Part shown: positions 38,630 through 46,772 of the stretch, piece by piece
Position numbering within the stretch: position 1 is the first letter of the stretch
Layout of the letters: every line of letters starts with the position of its first letter
DNA from: a virus
Lineage: Duplodnaviria; Caudoviricetes
IMG/VR virus record: IMGVR_UViG_3300002461_001214
Location: 1 to 53,654 of that record
Strand: one strand, 5' to 3'
Length of the DNA stretch: 53,654 bases
Translations under genes and position numbers: made by a program
Notes under the pieces: model-generated
Told to the model about the DNA's origin: nothing
Databases searched by the model: none
The model's input: only the letters and a program-made list of their open reading frames with translations

Positions 38630-39046
38630 TCAGAACAGCTTGCCCTGATCCTCGTCCAGCTGCCGCTGGCGCTCGGCCTTCTGACGGTGGACGGAGCGCC
38701 GGGTGATGCCGGCGCGGCGCGCGGCCTCGTTGGCGGTGGCGCCCTCGGCGAGAGCCTGCCGCACCACCGCAGCGCGGCGCCGCCGATCGCCGAGATAGCT
38801 GCCGGTAGGACCGAGCGGGATGTCGAGCTGAGCCCGCGACCGGCCGGAGCAGAAATGCTCCGAGAGCGTCTCCGCCCGCTCGCGCCCGATCGCCTTCACC
38901 AGCCAATGATCATCGCGCAGCCGCGAGGGGATCGAGGCCGCCTGGCCGCCCTTGGCCTCGGCGATCGACAGCGCCGCCTCGATGCCGACGACCTCGGCGA
39001 TCTCGGCGAGCAGGGCCGGCAGATCCGGCCAGCCGGGGCGCGTCAT
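38630..39046 (-). CDS. Mor/C-like late transcription activator
   Basis: LPALLAEIAEVVGIEAAL...GGQ..SIP and a C-terminal HTH; last gene before lysis. Confidence 0.8.
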   Translation of the reverse strand: MTRPGWPDLPALLAEIAEVVGIEAALSIAEAKGGQAASIPSRLRDDHWLVKAIGRERAETLSEHFCSGRSRAQLDIPLGPTGSYLGDRRRRAAVVRQALAEGATANEAARRAGITRRSVHRQKAERQRQLDEDQGKLF

Positions 39047-39288
39047 CGCCGCCTCCGGCTGCGTTTGCCCGGCGCCATGTCGGCTTCGAGGACGGTCACC
39101 AGGACATCGTCCTTCACGACGTATCGCAGGCCATCGGCGAGGATCACATACTCGGCGATTCCCGCACGCTCGGCCCCGACGCGGGCGCGCTCCAGCGAGT
39201 GCGACAGGGTGAGCCGCAGCGTCTCGATCTCGGCTGCGCCGGAACGGTCGAGGAAGCGCACGAGCGCATGATCGGTGATCTTCATCAT
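39043..39288 (-). CDS. Small hypothetical protein (ITDHALVRFL motif)
   Basis: Coupled ORF; DHA..R motif common in small phage proteins. Confidence 0.7.
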   Translation of the reverse strand: MMKITDHALVRFLDRSGAAEIETLRLTLSHSLERARVGAERAGIAEYVILADGLRYVVKDDVLVTVLEADMAPGKRSRRRR

Positions 39289-39677
39289 CGCGCCGCGACC
39301 CTCTTCTGCCAGGCCTTGAGCTGCTCGATCGCCTCGCGTGCCTGCGGCGGCTTGAGGAACTCCGGCGCCGAAACCTCGAAGCGTCGCTTCACCCAGGCGC
39401 GCAGGGCCTCACGGTCCAGCGGGCCTGCATGGAGAGCGCCCCATAACGCGTAGATCTTGCGGACGTCGGCGCGCTCGGCCGGCGGGCGCGTCGACTCCTT
39501 CGGCGCCCAACCCAGGCGTTTGAATTCGGCGATGACGGCGGCGGCCGCCCGATCCGACAGATCCTTCGCGCTCTCGACCTTGGCGACGCGCTGCAGCAGC
39601 GCGCGGTACTCCGCGTCCCGGAGCCCGAGTTCCTTGCGGGCGATGTGGATCTTCGCGAGCATGGCGGGGTGGCTCAT
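39285..39677 (-). CDS. gemA: GemA / Mu gp16-like protein
   Basis: AKIHIARKELGL...YRALL...SAKDLS...KIYALW...IEQLKAW. Confidence 0.88.
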   Translation of the reverse strand: MSHPAMLAKIHIARKELGLRDAEYRALLQRVAKVESAKDLSDRAAAAVIAEFKRLGWAPKESTRPPAERADVRKIYALWGALHAGPLDREALRAWVKRRFEVSAPEFLKPPQAREAIEQLKAWQKRVAAR

Positions 39678-39943
39678 CCGATGCCCATCCCTGCTTCGAT
39701 CGCCTCGACCTTGCAGCGTTCCCAGAGAGCCTCGGCCGCATAAAGGTTCCTGACGGCTTCGAGGCGCTCTGGCGATCCGCCGGGATGCCGCCAGAAGTCG
39801 CCGCCCTGATCGACCACCCGCCAGGCCCGCCGATAGGCGGACAGGGTCTCTCGCGAGACCTGGCGCCAGTGCCGGCCACAGACCCATTCGCGCCAATCCT
39901 TGCGCGAGCGACCCTTGCAGAATGGAACGCAGCAGGCTGTCAC
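39674..39943 (-). CDS. Putative zinc-binding hypothetical protein
   Basis: GTG start; CCVPFC...WVCGRHW. Confidence 0.6.
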   Translation of the reverse strand: MTACCVPFCKGRSRKDWREWVCGRHWRQVSRETLSAYRRAWRVVDQGGDFWRHPGGSPERLEAVRNLYAAEALWERCKVEAIEAGMGIG

Positions 39944-40138
39944 CGCATCGCCCTCCGCATGGCCGCGACGAGCCCGACCCGCTTTCGGGTGAGCTGCTTC
40001 AAACGGACTGCTGATGACGGTCTTGAGCCGGTCGCGCTCCGCGTCCAACGCCTCCAGCTCGCCGCGCAGCAGCAGCGCCGAGATCGCGCTGGCATCGGAG
40101 GGAGCGGGGCGGCGCGAGAGGAAGCGACCCATGTTCAT
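39940..40138 (-). pseudogene. Small coiled-coil protein, apparently frameshifted near 40005
   Basis: LEALDAERDRLK continues best as RLKQLTRKR...AMR* in another frame. Confidence 0.4.
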
Positions 40139-40809
40139 GCCCCAGTCTCGAACAGAGGCGTGGAGACGGGCGCGCCAAAGCGCATGGCGTCATCGTGGCG
40201 GGTCAGCGCCTGGCGCTGGCCGGGCGGGATCCAGAGCGGAGCGCGCGGCTCGGCACCGCGCTTCCAGCAGACCCAGCAGTAATCGGTGGCGGTCGAGCCC
40301 TCGGGCTCCCAGCGGCCCCGGTGCATCGGCACGCGCTCGACATAGTAGGCGACGACGAAGGGCGGATGGTCTCGAAACAGCTCGTAGCGCTCGATCGTGT
40401 GCAGCCACTGGGTCCGGACGAGGAGCGCTACGCCCTTCTCGGCGATCGCCAAGGCATGACGTGCGAAGCTGACGGCTGCGTTGAACGGCGGTTGGTCCAA
40501 ATCAAATCGGGGCGCAGTACGGTCAGTTGCTGCTCCAGGAAGTCCCCGACTGACCCGTAGCCGTAAGGGTGGATGTCGCTGGCGACGACGAGGTTGAAGC
40601 TCTCCGCCAACACCGAGGCCATGTGACCTTCGCCACAGGCCGGCTCCCAGATCAGATGTGAAGGCCGAGCCTCCAGCACCGGCACCGCAACGTGCTGGAC
40701 GAAGGCCCGCGTCGCCCAGGGCGGCGTCGGGAAGAAGTCGAGCGAATCGTGCGGCCGAGCGCTGTGCCGCGACGGCGGGGGAGAAGGCGAAGCTGGGCTG
40801 CTCGATCAT
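40135..40809 (-). pseudogene. N6-adenine-type methyltransferase with two frameshifts (~40755, ~40490)
   Basis: DSLDFFPTPPWAT, WEPACGEGHM, SDIHPYGYG, TN(P)PF and TATDYCW distributed over two frames. Confidence 0.78.
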
Positions 40810-40864
40810 GACCGCCTCCGCACATCGGAGACAGTCGCGGCAGCATGGGGTATGAATTGGAGGT

Positions 40865-40895
40865 GAGGACGGCGCGTTGGCCGCGCGCCGTCCTC
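40865..40895. promoter_or_regulatory. 12-bp perfect hairpin upstream of the polyproline cassette
   Basis: GAGGACGGCGCG-TTGGCCG-CGCGCCGTCCTC. Confidence 0.6.
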
Positions 40896-40932
40896 GATCC
40901 ACCCCGCGTGTTGCCACCACCCGGAGCGAACC

Positions 40933-41058
40933 ATGGACGAGACCGAGAAGCCGTCGACCAACAGCGGCGGCGACAGACCGGCGCTTGGGGGAGCCGGCCC
41001 GCGCCCGCCTCCAGCGCCGCCGCGACCGGTCGACACAGGAAAGGCCAAACCGACATGA
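40933..41058 (+). CDS. Proline-rich peptide 1 (41 aa) MDETEKPSTNSGGDRPALGGAGPRPPPAPPRPVDTGKAKPT
   Basis: GGAG RBS at 40923-40926; stop overlaps the next start (ATGA). Confidence 0.7.
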   Translation: MDETEKPSTNSGGDRPALGGAGPRPPPAPPRPVDTGKAKPT

Positions 41059-41621
41059 CCGCGCCGACGCTTTTCGATGTGAAGTTTCAGGCGCTGAGGA
41101 ATGCGCTCTACCACAAGGCCAGACAGCGCCGCCTCGACTGGTGGGCGCGTGCGGCCAACCTCGTAACCATCCTGCTGGGCTCGGCCGCGGCAGCAAAGGC
41201 GTTCGGGTTTGGACCAGCCTACTCCGAGGTTCTCATAGGTTTCCTGGTCGCAGCGGTCGGCGCCTTCCAGCTCGTCTACGACTGGTCGAATAAAGCCCGA
41301 ACGCATGAGTTTCTGCAGCGCAGGTACTATGAGGTACTGGCCAAAATCGAAGAGAGCGGCGAGGCCGATGACGGGCTTCCTGTCCGCATCAACGCCGAGC
41401 TGATCCGCATTTACGCTGAAGAGCCGCCAACGCTTCGCGCCCTCGACAGCATCGCCTACAACGAGGCTTTGGATGGCCTTGGGAGCAAGAAGGCCGACCG
41501 CCTGATCGTTTCCTGGTGGCAGTCCCTGTTGAAACACTCGTACGCTTTTGCGGAATCGCATTTCGAGACGTATCGTGAGCGCGAGATCAGACTTGGAGCG
41601 CGGGAGAAGTCTCATGGGTAA
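41055..41621 (+). CDS. SLATT-like two-transmembrane protein (188 aa)
   Basis: Short N-terminal helix (RNALYH), two hydrophobic helices, then a KARTHEFLQRRYYEVL helical region, as in SLATT 2TM effectors. Confidence 0.72.
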   Translation: MTAPTLFDVKFQALRNALYHKARQRRLDWWARAANLVTILLGSAAAAKAFGFGPAYSEVLIGFLVAAVGAFQLVYDWSNKARTHEFLQRRYYEVLAKIEESGEADDGLPVRINAELIRIYAEEPPTLRALDSIAYNEALDGLGSKKADRLIVSWWQSLLKHSYAFAESHFETYREREIRLGAREKSHG

Positions 41622-41694
41622 GAGCGGCGTCAACGTCAGTGTCGGTCCCCGAACGCCACCGCCGCCTCCCCAGCCGCCCGCACCCAAGCCGTAG
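41614..41694 (+). CDS. Proline-rich peptide 2 (26 aa) MGKSGVNVSVGPRTPPPPPQPPAPKP
   Basis: GGGAG RBS inside the 3' end of the 2TM gene; start overlaps its last codons. Confidence 0.7.
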   Translation: MGKSGVNVSVGPRTPPPPPQPPAPKP

Positions 41695-41706
41695 AGGCCG
41701 CCAGCG

Positions 41707-41793
41707 ATGTCGAGCGACCACGAGACAAAGTCTATGGGCCCCCGACCGCCACCCCCGCCGCCCCCGCCGCCGCCCAAACCGGCAACTAAATAG
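41707..41793 (+). CDS. Proline-rich peptide 3 (28 aa) MSSDHETKSMGPRPPPPPPPPPPKPATK
   Basis: AGAGG RBS; ten prolines encoded by mixed CCG/CCA/CCC codons. Confidence 0.7.
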   Translation: MSSDHETKSMGPRPPPPPPPPPPKPATK

Positions 41794-41800
41794 ATCGCCG

Positions 41801-42121
41801 TCATCGCACCGGCCCTCCGGCGGCGGCGATCGCCTCGCGCTTCGCCAGCTGCAGGCACATCTGCGCCATGGTCTCGCCGTGGCGCAGGACCGCCTCGCGC
41901 GCCTCGGCCGGCAGCTTCAGGAAGGCGCGGATTTCGTCGGCGTTCTTGTGCAACGTCTCCAACGTGCGGGCGGCCGCGTTGAGACACTCCATGTCGCGCT
42001 CGCCGAACTGGTCGCCGCGCAGTTCCTTGATCGCCTTGCCGCCGAGCAAGGCGCGCTGACGCGTCTCGGCGAAGCGGACGGCGTCGATCTGAAGCGGGAG
42101 CGGGACGATCAGCGCGGTCAT
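41801..42121 (-). CDS. Hypothetical early protein
   Basis: Coupled ORF in the early operon. Confidence 0.65.
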   Translation of the reverse strand: MTALIVPLPLQIDAVRFAETRQRALLGGKAIKELRGDQFGERDMECLNAAARTLETLHKNADEIRAFLKLPAEAREAVLRHGETMAQMCLQLAKREAIAAAGGPVR

Positions 42122-42528
42122 GCCGCGCACCAGCAGATCATGACGCCCTCGAACGCCATGTCGGGATCGGCCGCCTGTTCATGAGCGGCTTTCCAGAACG
42201 CCTGCATGTCGGCCCAGTGGAGGAAGCCGTCGGCGCGGGCGAAGTCGTCCAGCCTAGCGGCCGTGCCGAAGGCTTCGTCGGTGTCCGGCAGTTGGACATA
42301 GCCGCGGGCGATCCATAGCCGCACCGGCCGCACGGCGGTGCAGAGCTGGTCGGGCACGATCCGCCGGCACTGCTTCGTCCGCATGCCCTGATAGAGCTGC
42401 AGCAGCTCGCCCGGCCTCGCATGGCGCTTGCGCGGCGCGCGGATGGTCTGACGCTTGACGATGCCCGTGGCGGGGTGGCCGCTGGCGATCGGCTCCGCGA
42501 AGCGCTTGTTGAAGGAATAGGCCACCAT
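42118..42528 (-). CDS. ASCH-like domain protein
   Basis: YSFNKRF...KRQTIR...GELLQLYQGMRT...FARADGF. Confidence 0.78.
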   Translation of the reverse strand: MVAYSFNKRFAEPIASGHPATGIVKRQTIRAPRKRHARPGELLQLYQGMRTKQCRRIVPDQLCTAVRPVRLWIARGYVQLPDTDEAFGTAARLDDFARADGFLHWADMQAFWKAAHEQAADPDMAFEGVMICWCAA

Positions 42529-42734
42529 CAGCGCTCGCCTCCGAACAGGCTGTCGCGCTGCGCCTGGTCGCGGAGATGCGCGGCGATCGCCTCCATCAGG
42601 GCGATTTCCTCATCGGCCTTCGCCTGGCTCATTTTTCCGACAGCGACGCGGTGGGCATAGACGCGCCGCCGGAACGCGACCTCGCGCTCCGCAGCCGCGG
42701 CGAGGCGATCGAAGGTGAAGCGCGGAGCTGTCAT
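42528..42734 (-). CDS. Hypothetical early protein
   Basis: AEREVAFRRRVY...GKMSQAKADEEIALMEAI. Confidence 0.72.
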   Translation of the reverse strand: MTAPRFTFDRLAAAAEREVAFRRRVYAHRVAVGKMSQAKADEEIALMEAIAAHLRDQAQRDSLFGGER

Positions 42735-42964
42735 GACTTCTGCTCCCGTGCCGCGACGAGCTGTGCGAAGTAGCGGCCGGACGCGGTCAGCCGGGCGCGC
42801 TTCTGGCGGCGGTGCAGCGTGACGGTCGCGAGGCCTTTGTCGGACAGCCGCTCATAGATCGAGGGCCTGTCGCGGGTGACGTCGAGAAAGGTCTCGCCCG
42901 GCAGCTGCTGGAGCTTCACCAGGGCGCGCTCCTCGGGCGGCGTGAACGGGCGCAGAGCCGACAT
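42731..42964 (-). CDS. Hypothetical (wHTH-like) early protein
   Basis: RLSDKGLA...ARLTASG. Confidence 0.6.
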   Translation of the reverse strand: MSALRPFTPPEERALVKLQQLPGETFLDVTRDRPSIYERLSDKGLATVTLHRRQKRARLTASGRYFAQLVAAREQKS

Positions 42965-42965
42965 C

Positions 42966-43202
42966 TCAGTCGCCCTCCGCCATGAGCTGGCAGTCGCCGG
43001 CCGGCACCGCGAAGATCAGACCATCGTCGGTGCGTATCCGCAGGTGAGACTGGCTCGACGGCCGGATGACGCGGGCCTTGAAGACCAACTCACCTTTCTC
43101 GTGGTCGAAGGTCGTTACCAGGATCCGCGCGTCCCGAGGAAAATCCTCGGGAGCAAGTGCCTTCCGGTCGAAGTCGGTGTTGAGGATGTTATGAAGATCC
43201 AT
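42966..43202 (-). CDS. Hypothetical early protein
   Basis: ATG 43202 after GAGGG. Confidence 0.6.
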   Translation of the reverse strand: MDLHNILNTDFDRKALAPEDFPRDARILVTTFDHEKGELVFKARVIRPSSQSHLRIRTDDGLIFAVPAGDCQLMAEGD

Positions 43203-43209
43203 GGCGCCC

Positions 43210-43826
43210 TCACGCCGCCGCGAGGTCGATGACGACCGGCTCGAAGCGGTCCTGCGGCCGGGCGCGCTTGTAGAAGCGGACATATTCCTTCGTTCCGGTG
43301 ACGCGGATGGCGTCACGGATGGCGACCATGCCGCGCTTCCAGCGCTCGTCCTCGATGTCCATGCGCAGGAGCGAGAACAGTTCGGCCTTGTTGATCTGGC
43401 CGGCCTTCTCGACGTTGAAGACGCGGTTCACGAGCGCGCGGATCTCGGGCCGGCTCTCCGAGCCCCACTCGACCAGACACTCGTCGATCAGCTTCTTGGC
43501 TTCCTGGAGCTGCGGGCCGAACTCGATCTGGTCGGCGATCTGGACCTGGACCTTGTAGAGCCCGTCATAGCTCTGGAAGGTGACGTTGCCCTTCTCGCCG
43601 CCGGCGCGCGCGCCGTACTCTTGCTCCAGAAGGGATTGGAAAGCATTCAGATCCGCAAAGGTGTGGGCCTTGAAGCGCGCGATCTGGGCCGAAAGCTCGG
43701 CCGCGAAGCCGATGACCTTGCGAACCGTCTCGTCCTCCAGCTTGTCGGCCGGCTTGACCAGCTCGATTTGCCGTCGATCTCAACGGTCGCCGAGGGGATG
43801 GTGCGGTTGGGGGTTTCAAACTGCAT
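43210..43826 (-). pseudogene. DUF3164-like protein, frameshifted near 43767
   Basis: MQFETP...EIDGK, then IELVKPADKLEDETVR...GNVTFQSYDG...KEYVRFY in another frame. Confidence 0.8.
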
Positions 43827-44757
43827 GGTGCGTCTCCTGGACGGGTTCTGTTGAGGGTTCACTGAGATTGCCGTCGTCAGGGGGCGGCTCTTCGAGCGCC
43901 GCGACGGCGACCTGACAGAGCGCGACGATTTCATGGGCCGAGACGCGAACGGCTTCGCGGGACGGATGCGCCAGGACGCGCCGCGCGGTCGCGAGCGGGT
44001 CGATGGTCTGGGCGAGGCGGATCAACCCGTTGCGCTCGATGGCGACCAGCACGCCGAGCATTGCGTCGGTGTCCGTCCGGAAGCTCGGGTCGGCCTGGCG
44101 CGTATCGTCGGCCCGGCTGAGCGCTGCAAGGATCGTGGTGTGGTCGCGGTCCCCGAAGAGGCGGCCCAGCGTCGGGGTGCTGAGCCGCGTCATCTTGGAG
44201 GCGAGCCAGATCGCCGCCAGACGGGCGCGGGCAATCGGCGCCTCGCGGCGGTCGGCCAGGATGTCGTTGCGCTCGACGCCGGTGACGGCCTCTACGGCCG
44301 CGATGACGATGTCGACGGTGACGTGGCGGCAATCGACGCGCGAGATCGCGGGCCGCGACACGACGGGGAAGGTGAAGACGTTGCTGTCGCCGAAGGGCTG
44401 GGCCAGCTCGGCCAAGGTCTTTCCGAAGGCGACACGGTCAAGCCGTCCACCGGCGGGAGTCGCATCGAGCTGCGCCTGCAGGACGCGCTGCTGCGCCTTC
44501 AAAGCCGCTTGAAACGACGGCTGTGGCTCATCACCGGCGACGCGGTCCAGATCGTGCGCGACCGCGAGGAGTTCATCCTCGACCTCATCGGCCTCGGAAG
44601 CGCGCGCTTCCAGGGCGTCGGCCTTCTTCGCCATCAGCGCGAGCGCCGCCGCCATGTCGCGGCAGGCGGCGGGGCTGAGGCCGGCGCCGAGCGTGAAGAC
44701 GCCGCGAAGCTCGACGTGCAGCTGGCGCAGATCGGCAGAGAGGGGCGTGGTCTGCAT
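43816..44757 (-). CDS. Protein with a DnaA C-terminal-type HTH domain
   Basis: DILADRR...ARARLAAIWLA...LSTPTLGRLFGDRDHTTI. Confidence 0.8.
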   Translation of the reverse strand: MQTTPLSADLRQLHVELRGVFTLGAGLSPAACRDMAAALALMAKKADALEARASEADEVEDELLAVAHDLDRVAGDEPQPSFQAALKAQQRVLQAQLDATPAGGRLDRVAFGKTLAELAQPFGDSNVFTFPVVSRPAISRVDCRHVTVDIVIAAVEAVTGVERNDILADRREAPIARARLAAIWLASKMTRLSTPTLGRLFGDRDHTTILAALSRADDTRQADPSFRTDTDAMLGVLVAIERNGLIRLAQTIDPLATARRVLAHPSREAVRVSAHEIVALCQVAVAALEEPPPDDGNLSEPSTEPVQETHHAV

Positions 44758-44760
44758 GGC

Positions 44761-44982
44761 TCAGCTCCGCAGGTTCGGGTTGAGCCGGCGCAGATGGTCC
44801 AGCTCCTCGGCGCTATCGAGCGCGCAGAAGACGACCAGGCCGAACCCTCCAAGCCCAAGGCCGACCAGGCCGATCAGAGCCGCGGCGCCGATCTGGTCGA
44901 GGCCGGGAATGAGCATGCCGGCGATGAAGGGGGCCGTGACGGCGCAGCACGCGGCCAGCAGCTTGGCGACAGAGACGATCAT
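44761..44982 (-). CDS. Small two-TM membrane protein
   Basis: Hydrophobic ORF coupled by TGATG. Confidence 0.55.
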   Translation of the reverse strand: MIVSVAKLLAACCAVTAPFIAGMLIPGLDQIGAAALIGLVGLGLGGFGLVVFCALDSAEELDHLRRLNPNLRS

Positions 44983-45380
44983 CAGGCGGAGTCCTTCTGC
45001 TGGCGGTTGGGGCAACGGCGGCAGGCCCTATAGAGCCGTGCGCGCGCGGGATTGGCGGTGCTGAAGGGCTTGCCCTGGTGGTTCAGGCATTGATCCTTCG
45101 TGATCTCGCCGAGGACGGGGCACTCCGCGGTTTCACCCATGAAGGCGCCACGGATGGCGACGAAGACGCGGGCGAGATCGCCTGGATAGTTGTTGGCCAG
45201 GACGTGGGAGATGACCGCGCCGGAGTAGCCAAGGCGCTCGGCCACGGCCTTGGCCGTCTGCGCCCGGCAGGCCAGCGCCAGCGCGTGAACCTCCGTCGGC
45301 AGCGTCTCCCCCCAGGCGGCGAGCGCCTTGTCGAGTGGGTCTTGCCGGCCGGCCGAGCCGGGGATCGGGCCACGATTCAT
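44982..45380 (-). CDS. HTH/zinc-binding protein typical of Mu-like early operons
   Basis: VAERLGYSGAVIS...YPGD...CPVLGEI...C...ACRRCP. Confidence 0.8.
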   Translation of the reverse strand: MNRGPIPGSAGRQDPLDKALAAWGETLPTEVHALALACRAQTAKAVAERLGYSGAVISHVLANNYPGDLARVFVAIRGAFMGETAECPVLGEITKDQCLNHQGKPFSTANPARARLYRACRRCPNRQQKDSA

Positions 45381-45934
45381 GCGGCCCTCCCGGTCGTTTC
45401 CAGTCGGTTAAGGTTAATGGAACGCCCTAAATTGAGATCGAACACGCCGAACGTCTCAACCACCGGGGCGCGGGGACCGGTGTCCGCAGCGGGGCGCAGT
45501 CGCCACAGCCCGCCCCGTTCCGTGACGACGCCGCATCCCTGCAGGGCCCTGCAGTAAGACCGCACGGCGGACACGGTGACCTCGCACTCTTCGGTCGAGG
45601 CCGCGTCGGCGAGGTCGCCCGGCTTCCAGCTCCGGAGCTGGCGCATGGCAGCCCACATCTGGCGCTGTTGCTGGGCGCAACGTCCGTTCGTCATGCGGCT
45701 AAGGGGCGGCGCTTCGCCACCGACGAGGACCTTCAGTTGACCAGGCCGTTCGGCCTCGATCACCCGCTCGCGCTGGAGCCAGCCGATCCATTCGGCGATG
45801 GGTGGATAAGCTGCTGGTGTCAGCGACGCGATGGTCGCGACAGAAAAATGCCCATAGACCTGCGACAGCACCTGCATGGCCTGCCATGCGGTAGCGCGGG
45901 CAGCGTCGGGAAGCCTGACTGCGCTGACCATCAC
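45377..45934 (-). CDS. Winged-helix DNA-binding protein downstream of MuB
   Basis: QMWAAMRQL...YCRALQGCG...TGPRAP...VFDLN. Confidence 0.75.
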   Translation of the reverse strand: MMVSAVRLPDAARATAWQAMQVLSQVYGHFSVATIASLTPAAYPPIAEWIGWLQRERVIEAERPGQLKVLVGGEAPPLSRMTNGRCAQQQRQMWAAMRQLRSWKPGDLADAASTEECEVTVSAVRSYCRALQGCGVVTERGGLWRLRPAADTGPRAPVVETFGVFDLNLGRSINLNRLETTGRAA

Positions 45935-46704
45935 GCGGCCCTTGCGGTTTTAACGAGTTTGCGGATCTCTTCCTCAGTGCGCGCCTTTGGAGCATTGCCC
46001 GTGTGAATCCGGCCGCCGTAGTTGGCGCGACCAACCGAGGTGAGCCCGTTGAGCTGCGCGAACTCTCGGATGTGAGAGATCGATGTCGAGATCCGGCGCG
46101 CTACGCCGCCGCTTTCGACGCGCACCATCTCCAGGAGATCGTCGGCGATGGAGAGCTGGGGGGCGTAGGCTATCGCCAGCTTGCGGCTGTCGTCGAGATC
46201 GCAGGGCTGGGCCGCGACCCAATCTAGGACGCGGTCATGCACCCTCGGCGTGGGCTTCAGCTTCGAGACCAGGTCTTCCTCGCCGATGAGCACGATCGGC
46301 GTGTTGCTGTTGTCTTGCAGCTCGCGGATCAGCTCGATCCAGCCTTTGTCGATCGCCTTGTCCGCCTCGTCGATCAGCAACGGCCGATCCGGGTGCTCAC
46401 CGAGGCGCAGGATCGCCTGCTCAGCGAGGTCCGCGACCGTCCCGCGCACCTTGCCGACCCCGAGTTCACCCAGAAGCTTTTCGAGAAACTTCTTCCGGGT
46501 CCACGTCTCGCCGACCGTCAGGATCGGCGCCTGGCACTTGTTGTGGACGTAGATCGCCGCCTTCGTCTTGCCAAAGCCTGGCGGGCCATGAAAGACGCCG
46601 AAGCCCGGCAGATCGTCGTTGCGCTGCTGTAGCCTGTTGACGAGCGTCCAGAGGGCCGTCACATTCTTGAGAGGGGCGAACCTCTGCTTTTCTTTGTCGT
46701 TCAT
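45931..46704 (-). CDS. MuB-like AAA+ transposition ATPase
   Basis: Walker A GPPGFGKT, Walker B LLIDEAD, IVLIGEE. Confidence 0.93.
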   Translation of the reverse strand: MNDKEKQRFAPLKNVTALWTLVNRLQQRNDDLPGFGVFHGPPGFGKTKAAIYVHNKCQAPILTVGETWTRKKFLEKLLGELGVGKVRGTVADLAEQAILRLGEHPDRPLLIDEADKAIDKGWIELIRELQDNSNTPIVLIGEEDLVSKLKPTPRVHDRVLDWVAAQPCDLDDSRKLAIAYAPQLSIADDLLEMVRVESGGVARRISTSISHIREFAQLNGLTSVGRANYGGRIHTGNAPKARTEEEIRKLVKTARAA

Positions 46705-46772
46705 CTTCGTTCCTCAATCGTCTTGTTTCCAAGGGCTCGCCGTTGCACCGGCGGGCCTTTGTTTTCGGCGGC

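Noticed and set aside
41640-41790. CCG-rich tract as a microsatellite or contingency locus
   Set aside because: Third positions vary while the Pro frame is kept, and the GPR...KP frame recurs three times
40806-41987. 393-aa minus-strand ORF with poly-Gly runs
   Set aside because: Antisense shadow of the polyproline cassette; it overlaps real early genes, and the plus-strand ORFs have RBSs and coupled starts
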